A DNA stretch of 64,000 nt from an uncultured Planctomycetota bacterium (GTDB lineage: Bacteria > Planctomycetota > Planctomycetia > Isosphaerales > Isosphaeraceae). The notes under the pieces were generated by a model. That model was not told the DNA's origin, did no database searches, and saw nothing but the letters and a program-made list of their open reading frames with translations. Positions within the stretch are counted from its first letter, which is position 1. Every line of letters starts with the position of its first letter. Below, in pieces: positions 22,296-33,205 of the stretch. The stretch covers positions 6,592,001 through 6,656,000 of the forward strand of contig CAVTTN010000002.1 of assembly GCA_963737655.1 (NCBI GenBank), read 5' to 3'. The position numbers were made by a program, and so were the translations under genes.

Positions 22296-23966
22296 GTGGA
22301 TCTCTGGATTCAGAGCTATGACCCCGTGGGGAACTGGCCGGTCTCGACGGCGATCGCGGCCATGCCGGTGGTCGTGTTGCTGGGCTTGCTCGGTTCGGGG
22401 AAGGTCGGCGCCTGGCAGGCCGCGGTGGCCGGGCTGGTCACCGCGATGGGAGCGGCGGTCTTCGCGTTCGGGATGCCCGCGCCGATGGTGTTTGCCGCCG
22501 CCGGCTATGGCGTGGTCTTCGCCGCGTTCCGCATCCTCTGGCTGATCGTCTCGGCCGTCTTTCTCTATGACATCGCGGTGACGACCGGGCAGTTCGACGT
22601 CATGAAAGCCTCGATCGCCGGCCTCTCGGGCGATCGAAGGCTCCAGGCGGTCCTGATCGCGTTCTCCTTCGGCGCGTTCATCGAGGGGGCGGCCGGTTTC
22701 GGGGCGCCGGTGGCGATCTCGGCGGCGTTCCTGGTCGGCCTGGGCTTCCGACCGTTCCAGGCGGCCCTCTTGTGCCTCGTGGCCAACACCGCGCCGGTGG
22801 CCTGGGGGGCGATCGGCACGCCGATCCGCACGTTGGCGACGGTCACCAGCCTGGACGTCGAGGCCCTGAGCGCCACCTCGGGCCGGATCTTGCCGATCCT
22901 GTCGCTGATCATCCCCTTCTGGCTGGTGAAGACGATGGCCTCGTGGCGGGACACGTGGGCCGTCTGGCCGGCACTGCTGGTGATGGGCGGGACGTTCGCC
23001 GGGGCCCAGTTCGCGTGGTCGAACTTCGTCGGCTTCGAGCTCGTGGACATCGTTTCGGCCGTGGCGAGCCTCCTGGCCGGAGTGATCCTGCTCAAGGTCT
23101 GGAAGCCGAAGACCCAGTGGCGGTTCCCCGAGGATCGGCCTCCCGAAGTCGGCGACGTCCCTCCGCCCAAACTCGAACCCTCGAAGGTCGTCCGGGCCTG
23201 GATGCCGTTCGTCTTGCTGTCGATCACCGTCCTGGTCTGGGGCGTGCCCCCGGTGAAAAAGGCGATGGACGCCCACTCGTCCTGGAAGCCGGAAATGCCC
23301 GGACTTCACCTCAAGATCGCCAAGGGAGCGGCCGTGACCGGCCACGACGAGCCGGTCGAAAAGGACCTGGAAAAGGCGGAGATGGACATCGTTCCCGTGA
23401 GCTCGACCGGGACGGCCGTGTTCCTCGCCGCCCTGCTCAGCGGGGCGCTGCTGGGGGTCCATCCGGCGAGGCTGGCGAGGATTTTCGCCGGGACGGTCGT
23501 GAGATTGGTCCCCGCGATGGCGGCGATCGTGGCCATGCTGGCGCTGGGGTTCGTCACGAAGTACTCGGGGATGGACGCCGTCCTCGGCCTGGCGTTCACC
23601 CGGACCGGGCCGATGCTCTACCCGATCTTCGGCACGATGCTCGGCTGGCTGGGCGTGGCCCTGACCGGTTCGGACACCTCCAGCAACGTCCTGTTCGGGA
23701 ACCTCCAGAAGGTCACGGCGACGAAGCTCGGGCTGAACCCGATCTTGATGGCCTCGGCCAACACCACCGGGGGCGTCATGGGCAAGATGATCGACGCGCA
23801 ATCGATCGTCGTCGCCGCCGCGGCCACCGGCGAGGGCGGCAAGGAGGGCGAATTGCTCCGGGCCGTCTTGTGGCACAGCGTGGCCCTGGCCTTGCTCGTG
23901 GGATTAATCGTCTGGAGCTATGCCCACTGGTTCCCTGGGATGGTCGCCGCCCCGGCGCCCCGGTGA
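22296..23966 (+). CDS. lldP: L-lactate permease
   Basis: FIEGAAGFGAP, NTAPVAWGAIG, LTGSDTSSN, GKMIDAQS motifs. Confidence 0.9.
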   Translation: MDLWIQSYDPVGNWPVSTAIAAMPVVVLLGLLGSGKVGAWQAAVAGLVTAMGAAVFAFGMPAPMVFAAAGYGVVFAAFRILWLIVSAVFLYDIAVTTGQFDVMKASIAGLSGDRRLQAVLIAFSFGAFIEGAAGFGAPVAISAAFLVGLGFRPFQAALLCLVANTAPVAWGAIGTPIRTLATVTSLDVEALSATSGRILPILSLIIPFWLVKTMASWRDTWAVWPALLVMGGTFAGAQFAWSNFVGFELVDIVSAVASLLAGVILLKVWKPKTQWRFPEDRPPEVGDVPPPKLEPSKVVRAWMPFVLLSITVLVWGVPPVKKAMDAHSSWKPEMPGLHLKIAKGAAVTGHDEPVEKDLEKAEMDIVPVSSTGTAVFLAALLSGALLGVHPARLARIFAGTVVRLVPAMAAIVAMLALGFVTKYSGMDAVLGLAFTRTGPMLYPIFGTMLGWLGVALTGSDTSSNVLFGNLQKVTATKLGLNPILMASANTTGGVMGKMIDAQSIVVAAAATGEGGKEGELLRAVLWHSVALALLVGLIVWSYAHWFPGMVAAPAPR

Positions 23967-24220
23967 GATCGGGGTTCGGCTCGGCAATTCCGAGATCCGT
24001 CCCGCAGGGGAGCCCCGGCCGGGCCGGCCCGGTTCGAACTCCGCGTCGAGAGCCGCGACGGCCGGACGTTCGCCGTCGAGCCGATCGAGATGACCCTGGA
24101 GTGAGCGGCCCTGGCGCGGATTCGCCTGGAACGGCGCCCGGGACGTGAGCGAGAATGGGGTCATCGATTCGCCCGGCCTCTCGATCGCGGTCCGGCGGTT
24201 TTTCGAGTAGCCGAGACGCC

Positions 24221-25204
24221 ATGAACCTCCTCCCCATGTTCGACGACGAGCCGCCCCCCCAGGCCGCCCGGCTTGGGCCGAAGCTTCGCGACCTGGCGGA
24301 GCAGGGGGTCTTTTTTGGAACGAGCTCCTGGAAATATGAAGGGTGGTTGGGCTCGATCTACTCGCCCGATCGCTACTCGACCCGAGGCAAGTTTTCTCAG
24401 GCGAAGTTCGATTCCGGTTGCCTTGCCGAGTATGCCGAGACCTTCCCGGTCGTCTGCGGCGACTTCAGCTTCTACCAGTTCCCGACCGATGCCTTCTGGT
24501 CGAAGCTTTTCGGCGAGACCCCCGATCGACTGCTCTTCGCGTTCAAGGTGCCCGAGGAACTGACCGTGGCCGAGTGGCCGAAGCATGCCCGGTACGGGGT
24601 CCGGGCCGGTCGGCCCAACTCGTCGTTCCTCGACCCTCGGCTGTTCGACCGGATGTTCGCCCGGCCGCTTTCGGCGTTCGGCGACCGCGTGGCGACGCTC
24701 ATCCTCGAATTCGGCACGTTCCCGAAACGCACGTTCGCCCGCCCCGACGACTTCCTCCGCCGGCTCGACCCGTTCCTCGCGAGCCTCCCCGGTGGATTTC
24801 GGTATGCGGTGGAAGTCCGCAACCCGGAGTTCCTCGGGACCGAGTATTTCGACGCGCTCTCTCGCCACAACGTCGCCCACGTCTTCAGTGCCTGGACGCG
24901 GATGCCCGAGATCGGCGACCAGATGGCGCTTCCCGGCGCGTTCTCGGCCGATTTCACCGTCGCGAGGGCCTTGCTCCGCCGGGGAAGGGCCTACGAGGAC
25001 GCCGTCTCGACCTTTCAGCCATATGAACGGGTGCAAGAGCCGAACGAGCCGGTCCGCCTCGCCCTGAAGACCCTGGCCGAACGCGCCCGGACCCTCCGTC
25101 GATCCACGTATTTATTTATCAATAACCGCCTGGAAGGCAACGCGCCGGGGACCATCGAGGCGGTGGTCTCGTCCCTGTCCGATGGCATGCCCGGGAAGAC
25201 GTAA
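24221..25204 (+). CDS. DUF72 family protein
   Basis: GTSSWKY..W, FAFKVP, YAVEVR, FINNRLEG. Confidence 0.85.
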   Translation: MNLLPMFDDEPPPQAARLGPKLRDLAEQGVFFGTSSWKYEGWLGSIYSPDRYSTRGKFSQAKFDSGCLAEYAETFPVVCGDFSFYQFPTDAFWSKLFGETPDRLLFAFKVPEELTVAEWPKHARYGVRAGRPNSSFLDPRLFDRMFARPLSAFGDRVATLILEFGTFPKRTFARPDDFLRRLDPFLASLPGGFRYAVEVRNPEFLGTEYFDALSRHNVAHVFSAWTRMPEIGDQMALPGAFSADFTVARALLRRGRAYEDAVSTFQPYERVQEPNEPVRLALKTLAERARTLRRSTYLFINNRLEGNAPGTIEAVVSSLSDGMPGKT

Positions 25205-25245
25205 GCCGGACAACCGGCCCTCGGCGTCCTGGCGGTTCGTCCCGT

Positions 25246-26538
25246 TCAAGGCTTCGCCAACTTCGGGTCTTCGACGACCATCAGGATCGGCCGATGCTCG
25301 GCGGACTCCCGGCTCGCGAAGTCGTATTCGAGGCGGTGGGGTTCCTTCCTCGACTCGTCCTCGAACCGGAGGAGGACTCCCGCCCTCCGGCCGTCGGCCT
25401 TCGGGTCGCGGATCGCCCCGGTCACGTCGAACGTCTTCCAGCCGACGGTCGGCTCGAACGGATGGGTCGAGATCGGGACGTCCGAGGCGGGGGGCTGCGA
25501 GGTCCAGGAAGTCTGTTCGCCCCACTCGCCCGAGATCGAGCGGACCTGGAGCGTCCCGGACGTCCCCGGCGCGTCCTTGATCTTCCGGCAGTAGACCGCC
25601 AGGACGAACCGGACTCCCGGATCGTCGCGGTCGAACCGGGGGACCTCGGGGAGGCCGATCAGGGCGCGGACCCCGCCGTCATAATTCCCCACGGCGAGAT
25701 TGTCCACGTCCCCCCGGCCCCAGCCGGGCAGGTAGGAGATCACCATCACGTCCTTCTCGACCGGCAGGGCGCGGATCGGTCGTCCCCCGAGGAGGTTGGC
25801 GAGGGAGGGTTCCATGGAGACGGTGGGGAAGTTGGCGCGGCCCCGGGGCGCCGGAGGGGCGCTCGGGCGGATTTCCTCGAAATATCTTGCCACAAAAGGC
25901 GCTTCGTCCTCCGATTTCGTGGCTTCGGCCGGTTTTTCGTCGGGCTTCTTCGGGGAGGGCGCGGTCGGCTCGATCGTGACCGCCAGGTCGTCGAACCAGG
26001 CCCGGCCGGAGCCCGTGAGCGCGGCTCGGACGAGGATCGAAGTCGTCCCTTCGGGCACGGCGATCGGCTCGCTTCGGAACTTCTTCCATGCCTGATCGCC
26101 TCGGACGACCGGAGTGCTGCCAAAGGCCACGAGCTTCTCGTCGGGACCCGGCCGAGCCCCCGGGGCCCAGCACTGGAGGCACACGTTCACGGCGTCGGCA
26201 TCGCGGGTCTTGATCCAGGCGGTGAGCCGAACCGTTTTTCCCGTCGGCACTTCCGTCAACGGCTGGGCCCAGTTGAATGCGATGGGCTGGGGCGGATCGG
26301 GACCTTCAAAGACGATGGCCAGGCTGGCCTTGCCGTCGTGCTTCTCGTCCGTGACGCGGGTCATCGCGAGGCCCTTGATCGGCTCCGGACCCTTCGCGGC
26401 GAACCAGATCGAAGGTTTGTCCCCCTTGCCCGCCTCGGCGCCGGGGTTCTGGAGGAGGTTTGCGGGCCTGTCGTCGGCCTGGCCGATGGCCACCAGGGTG
26501 ATCACGGCGAACGTCGAGGCCGTCCAAATTCGGATCAT
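25246..26538 (-). CDS. Secreted protein with CBM4/9-like and DNRLRE-like domains
   Basis: Signal peptide; NLLQNPGAE, AWFDDL; FASRE...RP.L tail. Confidence 0.65.
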   Translation of the reverse strand: MIRIWTASTFAVITLVAIGQADDRPANLLQNPGAEAGKGDKPSIWFAAKGPEPIKGLAMTRVTDEKHDGKASLAIVFEGPDPPQPIAFNWAQPLTEVPTGKTVRLTAWIKTRDADAVNVCLQCWAPGARPGPDEKLVAFGSTPVVRGDQAWKKFRSEPIAVPEGTTSILVRAALTGSGRAWFDDLAVTIEPTAPSPKKPDEKPAEATKSEDEAPFVARYFEEIRPSAPPAPRGRANFPTVSMEPSLANLLGGRPIRALPVEKDVMVISYLPGWGRGDVDNLAVGNYDGGVRALIGLPEVPRFDRDDPGVRFVLAVYCRKIKDAPGTSGTLQVRSISGEWGEQTSWTSQPPASDVPISTHPFEPTVGWKTFDVTGAIRDPKADGRRAGVLLRFEDESRKEPHRLEYDFASRESAEHRPILMVVEDPKLAKP

Positions 26539-26867
26539 CGCGGCTCCCTCACAGAAGGGGTCGGGGCCCGGTTCAGGGCCAGGGCCGGGTCGAGGATGAA
26601 CTTCGGCGACGTGTTTTCCAGGGCCGCCGGGCGGATTCGCCTCGGAGGGGTCGGGGCCGATCGGGCCCAGACCCCGACGGCGATCACCGAGGCCGCCCCG
26701 GCCATGGCCAGGACGATTTTCGCGAGCCTGGCCGACCTCCGGGGGGCCCGGGGCAGGGCGGCAAGGATTCGGTCCTCAAGTCCCTCCGGGATCGTCGGTT
26801 GTGGGAGACCGCGGAGGGCTTCTTCGAGCGGGTCGGGGGCCGGGAACCGCCTCGGCGGGCCGTCCAT
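26535..26867 (-). CDS. Putative small anti-sigma factor
   Basis: LEEALRGLP...LEDRIL then a single TM; follows ECF sigma. Confidence 0.55.
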   Translation of the reverse strand: MDGPPRRFPAPDPLEEALRGLPQPTIPEGLEDRILAALPRAPRRSARLAKIVLAMAGAASVIAVGVWARSAPTPPRRIRPAALENTSPKFILDPALALNRAPTPSVREPR

Positions 26868-27402
26868 CGTCGTGGTCCTCCGCGTTCAGGGTCGCCCGGA
26901 GTCGGGCCAGCGCCCGGCTCGTCCGCCATTTGACAGTGCCGACCGGCTCGCCCAGGACCTCGGCCGCCTGGCGGAAGCTCAGGCCCTGGTAGTAGTGAAG
27001 GATCACGGCCAGCCTCTCGGGCGGCTCCAACGCCCCGACGGCCGAGGCCAGCCCCCGGGCCGACTCAAGAGCGGCGAGCGGTCTCGAAGGGTCCAGGTCG
27101 TCGGCCTCGGAGCGAGCGGCGAGGGTCTCGGCCGCCTCGATCCGGCATCGGGTCCGCCGGGCATCCAGGGCCTTCCTCAGAGCGATCCGGTGGAGCCAGG
27201 TCGCCACCGAAGCCTCGCCCCGGAACCCCCGCCGGGCCTTCCAGGCCGCCGCAAAGGTTTCCTGGGTCAGATCTTCGGCCAGGGAGACATCCCCCGTCAG
27301 GTGAACGAGGAAACGGTAGACAGCCGACGAATGGTCGCGGACGATTTCGGCGGCCCCTCCTCGCTCGTCGTCGCGATCGCCCACGAGCGGACTCCCGGTC
27401 AC
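26776..27402 (-). CDS. ECF RNA polymerase sigma factor
   Basis: AEDLTQETF, TWLHRIA (region 2); GTVKWRTSRA (region 4). Confidence 0.9.
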   Translation of the reverse strand: MTGSPLVGDRDDERGGAAEIVRDHSSAVYRFLVHLTGDVSLAEDLTQETFAAAWKARRGFRGEASVATWLHRIALRKALDARRTRCRIEAAETLAARSEADDLDPSRPLAALESARGLASAVGALEPPERLAVILHYYQGLSFRQAAEVLGEPVGTVKWRTSRALARLRATLNAEDHDDGRPAEAVPGPRPARRSPPRSPTTDDPGGT

Positions 27403-27714
27403 GCCGGCCGGTCCGAGACGCCGGCCTCCTCGACCTTAGACGGCCGGCAGCCCCGGGGTGTTGGCGCCCTTCGGGTGCGAACCTGGAGGAGAATCCCGGG
27501 GTCGGTCAGTCGGAGGCAGAAAAAATCCTCCGCGGCCCCTTGCCGAAGGGTCGGGGGTCGATGTAGGATTCCTCCTGCCCGAAGCGTTTGCCGTTCCCCG
27601 CGCGCCGTTTCGAGACGACGACGACCGCCGGCGAATCGTTGCCAACCTCGTCGCGGTCGTCCGCGGAAAGGCCCGGCGCCGAGGAAGAAAATCGGGCGGC
27701 GGGCGGGAATGATC

Positions 27715-27742
27715 TTGCATCGACGGAGTTCGGCGTTATAGT
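27715..27742 (+). promoter_or_regulatory. Sigma70-like promoter of the tRNA-tuf operon
   Basis: TTGCAT-N16-TATAGT, 24 nt before tRNA-Thr. Confidence 0.55.
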
Positions 27743-27766
27743 AAGGAATTTCACGGCCCGCGGATC

Positions 27767-27839
27767 GCTGGCGTAGCTCAATCGGCAGAGCACCGGTTTT
27801 GTAAACCGACGGTTGTGAGTTCGACTCTCACCGCCAGCT
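27767..27839 (+). tRNA. tRNA-Thr(TGT)
   Basis: GCTGGCG...CGCCAGC-T; anticodon loop TTTGTAA. Confidence 0.93.
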
Positions 27840-27920
27840 CTGGTCCGGGAGCGCCGTCGAGGTGGTCCCGGGCAGATGACCCCGGCCTTTGAGGGAGGCC
27901 CCCGCAGACCCCTCCGACCC

Positions 27921-28002
27921 GGGTGGATACCCAAGTGGCTAAAGGGGCCAGACTGTAAATCTGGTGGCTATGCCTTCGCAGGTTCGAATCCTGCTCCACC
28001 CA
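27921..28002 (+). tRNA. tRNA-Tyr(GTA)
   Basis: GGGTGGA...TCCACCC-A; loop CTGTAAA; long variable arm. Confidence 0.95.
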
Positions 28003-28141
28003 ATCCCGGGGCGAGACGCCGGGACGGATCGCCGGACCGACCGGGACGGACGGAACCCCAAGGACACGACCCCGCGAGACCCGACCTCCCACGATCGATC
28101 GGCCGCGGAGTTCCGCCCGACCGGGCCGAGCCAGACCGAAC

Positions 28142-28212
28142 GCGGGTGTAACTCAATGGTAGAGTACCTGCCTTCCAAGCAGGCAACGTGGGTTCGATTC
28201 CCATCACCCGCT
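28142..28212 (+). tRNA. tRNA-Gly(TCC)
   Basis: GCGGGTG...CACCCGC-T; loop CTTCCAA. Confidence 0.95.
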
Positions 28213-28335
28213 CTGATCTGACGTGACGAGAGACGGGCCCCGCCAGTCCCGGAACGAGGCCCAACCCGAAGAGCTGGAGAAGAGAGACGCAACCGACCCT
28301 CCCCAAATCACGCGGCAAGCGTCCCACGCACCGCG

Positions 28336-28408
<73 letters not shown>

Positions 28409-28599
28409 TTTGGTTCCTTCGCCCCGATCACAGCAGAGCAGCGCAGACGTCCCGGCGGCCCCTCCGCGATCGATTCCGCCGCCCCGCCCGGAGACGTTGT
28501 TTTCCCCGAGGACCCGAGGGGCGGCCGGGTGGGGTGCCCGCCCCCCCAACAGAGGACGCCGCGAGGCGTCGCCCGACGCAACGCAAGGCAGGAGTAACG

Positions 28600-29808
<1,209 letters not shown>

Positions 29809-29821
29809 TCCAGAGCCGGAA

Positions 29822-29910
29822 AGTGCCGAGTGCCGAGTGCTGAGGCAAGACCCGAGGGACCGACCCCGTCCCGTCTTCACTCGGCACTCGGCACTCCGCA
29901 CCCAGCACTC
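29822..29910. repeat. Heptamer (AGTGCCG) inverted-repeat hairpin
   Basis: AGTGCCGAGTGCCGAGTGCTGAG ... GTCTTCACTCGGCACTCGGCACTCCGCACCCAGCACT. Confidence 0.75.
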
Positions 29911-29925
29911 TTCAGGGGCGGGGCG

Positions 29926-30078
29926 ATGCGCGAATACGTCTGGCTGGAATGCACCTCGTGCGGCGAGCGGAACTATCGGACCCCGAAGGAGACGCGGGGG
30001 GCCGAGCGGCTCGACCTGAAGAAGTACTGCTCGAAGGAGCGGAAGCACACGTCCCACAAGGAATCCCGGAAGAAGTAA
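29926..30078 (+). CDS. rpmG: 50S ribosomal protein L33
   Basis: [17 protein letters not shown]...LKKYC...HTSHKE. Confidence 0.95.
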   Translation: MREYVWLECTSCGERNYRTPKETRGAERLDLKKYCSKERKHTSHKESRKK

Positions 30079-30140
30079 GAATCGAGAGAATCCCGGGCCG
30101 GTCGGCGGCGATTTTGGGCCGTCGGCCGGTCCGTATCGTG

Positions 30141-30213
30141 ACGAGCGTAGCTCAATTGGTAGAGCAGCGGTCTCCAAAACCGCAGGTTGGGGGTTCGATT
30201 CCCTCCGCTCGTG
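30141..30213 (+). tRNA. tRNA-Trp(CCA)
   Basis: ACGAGCG...CGCTCGT-G; loop CTCCAAA; usual position before secE. Confidence 0.95.
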
Positions 30214-30297
30214 CCTCGGGGAAGGGTGGAATCCGCACCCGGCACGTCCGCTCCGCCTCCGCTCCAGCCCCAGCACTTTTCCGGTCGGGTGGCCGCC

Positions 30298-30828
30298 ATG
30301 GGTAAAGTTAAAGACGAAGCGCCGGCGAAGTCGGCCAAGGGTTCGCCGAAGGGCTCGTCGCTCCGCAAGACCGGAGGCCGGGTCGTCTCGTTCGTCGCGA
30401 ACCTGGCGAGCACCCAGACGTTCAAGCCAACCCAGGGCAAGAACGCCCGCCTCTGGACGGGGGTCGGCCTCGGGGCGATCGTCGCCACGGGGCTGTACCA
30501 GCTCCACGAGCAGCAGCTCCAGGGGCAATATGGCCCGGCCGTCCGCCTGGGCATCCCGACGGCCCTGGGCCTGGCCTTCGGCTGGATGATCTGGCGGCTC
30601 GTTCAGTACCCGCCGTTCGCCGACTTCCTGATCGCCACCGAAGCGGAGATGAACAAGGTCTCCTGGACCAGCCGGGACGACCTCTACCGGGCCACGATCG
30701 TGGTCCTGGTGACCGTCCTGTTCCTGTCGGTCTACCTTTTCGGGGTCGATTTCCTCTGGTCCACGATGCTCCAGGCCATCGGCGTCCTCAAGTTCAAGAG
30801 CACGTCGCTGGGCGAGCAGGCGGGCTAG
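30298..30828 (+). CDS. secE: Preprotein translocase SecE
   Basis: [14 protein letters not shown] motif, three TMs. Confidence 0.93.
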   Translation: MGKVKDEAPAKSAKGSPKGSSLRKTGGRVVSFVANLASTQTFKPTQGKNARLWTGVGLGAIVATGLYQLHEQQLQGQYGPAVRLGIPTALGLAFGWMIWRLVQYPPFADFLIATEAEMNKVSWTSRDDLYRATIVVLVTVLFLSVYLFGVDFLWSTMLQAIGVLKFKSTSLGEQAG

Positions 30829-30910
30829 CTCGCCTTGCCGAGTCGTCCCGCTTCGCCCCGAACGAGCCATCCTCCGATCGATCGTCCCTCCTTCCGTCCC
30901 GGGTCTCCTC

Positions 30911-31636
30911 ATGAGCCAGCCGACCGACGAGACCCACGACCCGAGCACCGCCCCCGGCGAGACTCCCGGCGGCCTCGGCCTGTCCAGCCCGTTCGAGATC
31001 GAGGAGCAGACGCCCGACGGAGGGCCGACGTCGCCTGCGGCCCCTCCGCCTGCGGCCCCCCCGGCGGCGCCCGAGCCCGACCCGGACGACGAGCCACCGC
31101 CGCAACTGGTCTGGTACGTGCTCAAGGTCCAGTCCAGTCGAGAGGATACGATCCGCGACGCCCTGGAGCGCCGGGTCAAGATCCAGGGCCTCCAGCGGTT
31201 CTTCGGCCGGATCGTGGTGCCCACCGAGAAGATCACCGAGATCCGCAATAACAAGAAGAAGGTCGTCGAGCGCAAGAGCTATCCCGGCTACATCATGGTC
31301 GAGATGGAACTCAACGAGAAGACCTGGTTCACGGTGAGGGAGACCCCCGGGGTCGGCGACTTCGTCGGGGCCCATGGCCAGCCGACGAAGATGACCCAGG
31401 CCGAGGTCGACCAGATGCTCGGCCAGCAGACGGCCGCCGAGACCGAATCGGCCCCGAAGGTGCGGATCGACGTCGAGCGGGGCGACCGCGTGAAGATCAA
31501 GGACGGCCCGTTCGAGAATTTCGAGGGGACCGTCGAGGAAGTCATCGAGCAGCGCGGCCTCGTGAAGGTCATGCTCATCATCTTCAACCGGCCCACGCCG
31601 GTGGACCTGGAATACTGGCAGGTGGAACGGATCTAA
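30911..31636 (+). CDS. nusG: Transcription termination/antitermination factor NusG with Pro/acidic N-terminal extension
   Basis: [29 protein letters not shown]. Confidence 0.96.
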   Translation: MSQPTDETHDPSTAPGETPGGLGLSSPFEIEEQTPDGGPTSPAAPPPAAPPAAPEPDPDDEPPPQLVWYVLKVQSSREDTIRDALERRVKIQGLQRFFGRIVVPTEKITEIRNNKKKVVERKSYPGYIMVEMELNEKTWFTVRETPGVGDFVGAHGQPTKMTQAEVDQMLGQQTAAETESAPKVRIDVERGDRVKIKDGPFENFEGTVEEVIEQRGLVKVMLIIFNRPTPVDLEYWQVERI

Positions 31637-31643
31637 GTTGCGC

Positions 31644-31743
31644 AGTGGGCAGTGGGCAGTGGGCAGTGGGCAGTGAAGACGAAGCGATCAAGCGGCCGCC
31701 ATTTCCGTCTTCACTGCCCACTGCCCACTGCCCACTGCCCACT
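31644..31743. repeat. Perfect 38-bp heptamer-armed inverted repeat
   Basis: (AGTGGGC)4AGTGAAGACG 31644-31681 / reverse complement 31706-31743. Confidence 0.9.
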
Positions 31744-31757
31744 CGCCGGAGGCGACG

Positions 31758-32183
31758 ATGGCGAAGGTGATGACGGCGAAGGTGAAGCTCCAGTGCCCGG
31801 GCGGCCAGGCCACGCCCGCGCCCCCGGTCGGCCCCGCGTTGGGCCAGCACGGGGTGAATATCGGCCAGTTCGTGATGCAGTTCAACGAGCGGACGAAGGA
31901 CATGAAGGGGACGACGATCCCCATCGAGATCACGATCTACAGCGATCGCTCCTTCGAGTTCATCACCAAGAGCCCGCCCGCGGCGGTCCTCCTGAAGCAG
32001 ACGGCCGGTATCGCCTCGGGCTCGGCCGAGCCCCACAAGACCAAGGTGGCGACGGTCACGGCCGAGCAGGTCCAGAAGATCGCCGAGACCAAGTTCCAGG
32101 ACCTCAACGCCCGGGACATGGAGCACGCCTGCCGGATCATCGCCGGGACCGCCCGGAGCATGGGCATCGACATCAAGGGGTGA
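31758..32183 (+). CDS. rplK: 50S ribosomal protein L11
   Basis: [27 protein letters not shown]. Confidence 0.98.
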   Translation: MAKVMTAKVKLQCPGGQATPAPPVGPALGQHGVNIGQFVMQFNERTKDMKGTTIPIEITIYSDRSFEFITKSPPAAVLLKQTAGIASGSAEPHKTKVATVTAEQVQKIAETKFQDLNARDMEHACRIIAGTARSMGIDIKG

Positions 32184-32237
32184 ACCGGATGGCTTGGACC
32201 CTGATCTCTTGGATATCGCCCGCCACCGATCGGTGAC

Positions 32238-32309
32238 GGGCGGCGAGCTCAGTGGTCCGAGCAGGCTCCTTATCAGGGCCGGGTGAGGGTTCGATTCCCT
32301 CGCCGCCTA
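32238..32309 (+). tRNA. Atypical tRNA-Ile(TAT)-like cloverleaf
   Basis: Acceptor GGGCGGC/GCCGCCT + A73; D GCTC/GAGC; anticodon GGCTC-CTTATCA-GGGCC; T GAGGG-TTCGATT-CCCTC; non-canonical G8, C21, C37. Confidence 0.8.
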
Positions 32310-32407
32310 CTTCGAAGCGATCATCTCGCGCCGGCGCGACCGCCCGCCGGAACTCTCGCGAGGATTCCTCACATCGGCGGCAGCCCCCAACGAAGGGAGC
32401 GAACGGT

Positions 32408-33085
32408 TTGGCAGTCTATTCGAAGCGATTCCGGGCCCTGAAGGAGAAGGTCAAGCCCGACCCTCTCCCCCTGGCCGAGGCCGTCAAGCAGCTCAAGACC
32501 TTCGGGACGACGAAGTTCAACCAGACCGTGGAGGTCTCGACGAACCTCGGGATCGACCCGAAGCAGAGCGATCAGAACGTCCGCGGCTCGGTGGCGCTGC
32601 CCCACGGGATCGGCAAGGCGGTCCGGGTGGCGGTGTTCGCCCAGGGGGACAACGCCGAGAAGGCCCGGGCCGCCGGCGCGGACATCGTCGGCGGGGATGA
32701 CCTGGCCCAGAAGATCAAGGGCGGGTTCATGGATTTCGACGTGGCCCTGGCCACGCCGGACATGATGGGCGTCGTCGGCCCCCTGGGCCGCGTCCTGGGT
32801 CCCCGAGGCCTGATGCCCAGCCCCCGCTCGGGCACCGTGACCACCGACATCACCTCCGGCGTGAAGGAATTCAAGGCCGGCAAGATCGAGTTCCGGTCGG
32901 ACAAGGGCGGCAACGTCGCGGCGCCGGTCGGCAAGATCAACTTCAGCGAGGAGCAACTGGTCGAGAACATCCAGACGTTCCTCAACCACCTCCGCTCGGT
33001 CAAGCCGACGGCCGCCAAGGGCACGTACATCCGATCGATCACCATCTCGGCCACCATGAGCCCGGGCATCCGGGTGCTGGCCTAA
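32408..33085 (+). CDS. rplA: 50S ribosomal protein L1
   Basis: TTG start; [22 protein letters not shown]. Confidence 0.97.
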   Translation: MAVYSKRFRALKEKVKPDPLPLAEAVKQLKTFGTTKFNQTVEVSTNLGIDPKQSDQNVRGSVALPHGIGKAVRVAVFAQGDNAEKARAAGADIVGGDDLAQKIKGGFMDFDVALATPDMMGVVGPLGRVLGPRGLMPSPRSGTVTTDITSGVKEFKAGKIEFRSDKGGNVAAPVGKINFSEEQLVENIQTFLNHLRSVKPTAAKGTYIRSITISATMSPGIRVLA

Positions 33086-33094
33086 GGGAGGGCG

Positions 33095-33199
33095 GAGTGG
33101 GCGGTGGGCCGTGGGCAGTGGGCAGTTGAAGAGGATAGGGAGAGACCGGTCTTTGCTTTCGTCTTCAACTGCCCACTGCCCACGGCCCACCGCCCACTC
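33095..33199. repeat. Perfect 38-bp heptamer-armed inverted repeat with mirrored variants
   Basis: GAGTGGGCGGTGGGCCGTGGGCAGTGGGCAGTTGAAGA 33095-33132 / exact reverse complement 33162-33199. Confidence 0.9.
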
Positions 33200-33205
33200 T
33201 CAACG

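Noticed and set aside
23990..24104. Small gene ending ...RFELRVESRDGRTFAVEPIEMTLE*
   Set aside because: No clear start or RBS; at most a gene remnant.
32264..32280. Suppressor (TTA) or Sec (TCA) reading of the odd tRNA
   Set aside because: The stem register places TAT at 34-36 after U33, and there is no long variable arm.
32374..32406. L1-binding autoregulatory site before rplA
   Set aside because: GGCAG-CCC...GGG-AGCGAAC is only loosely similar; needs a covariance-model search.
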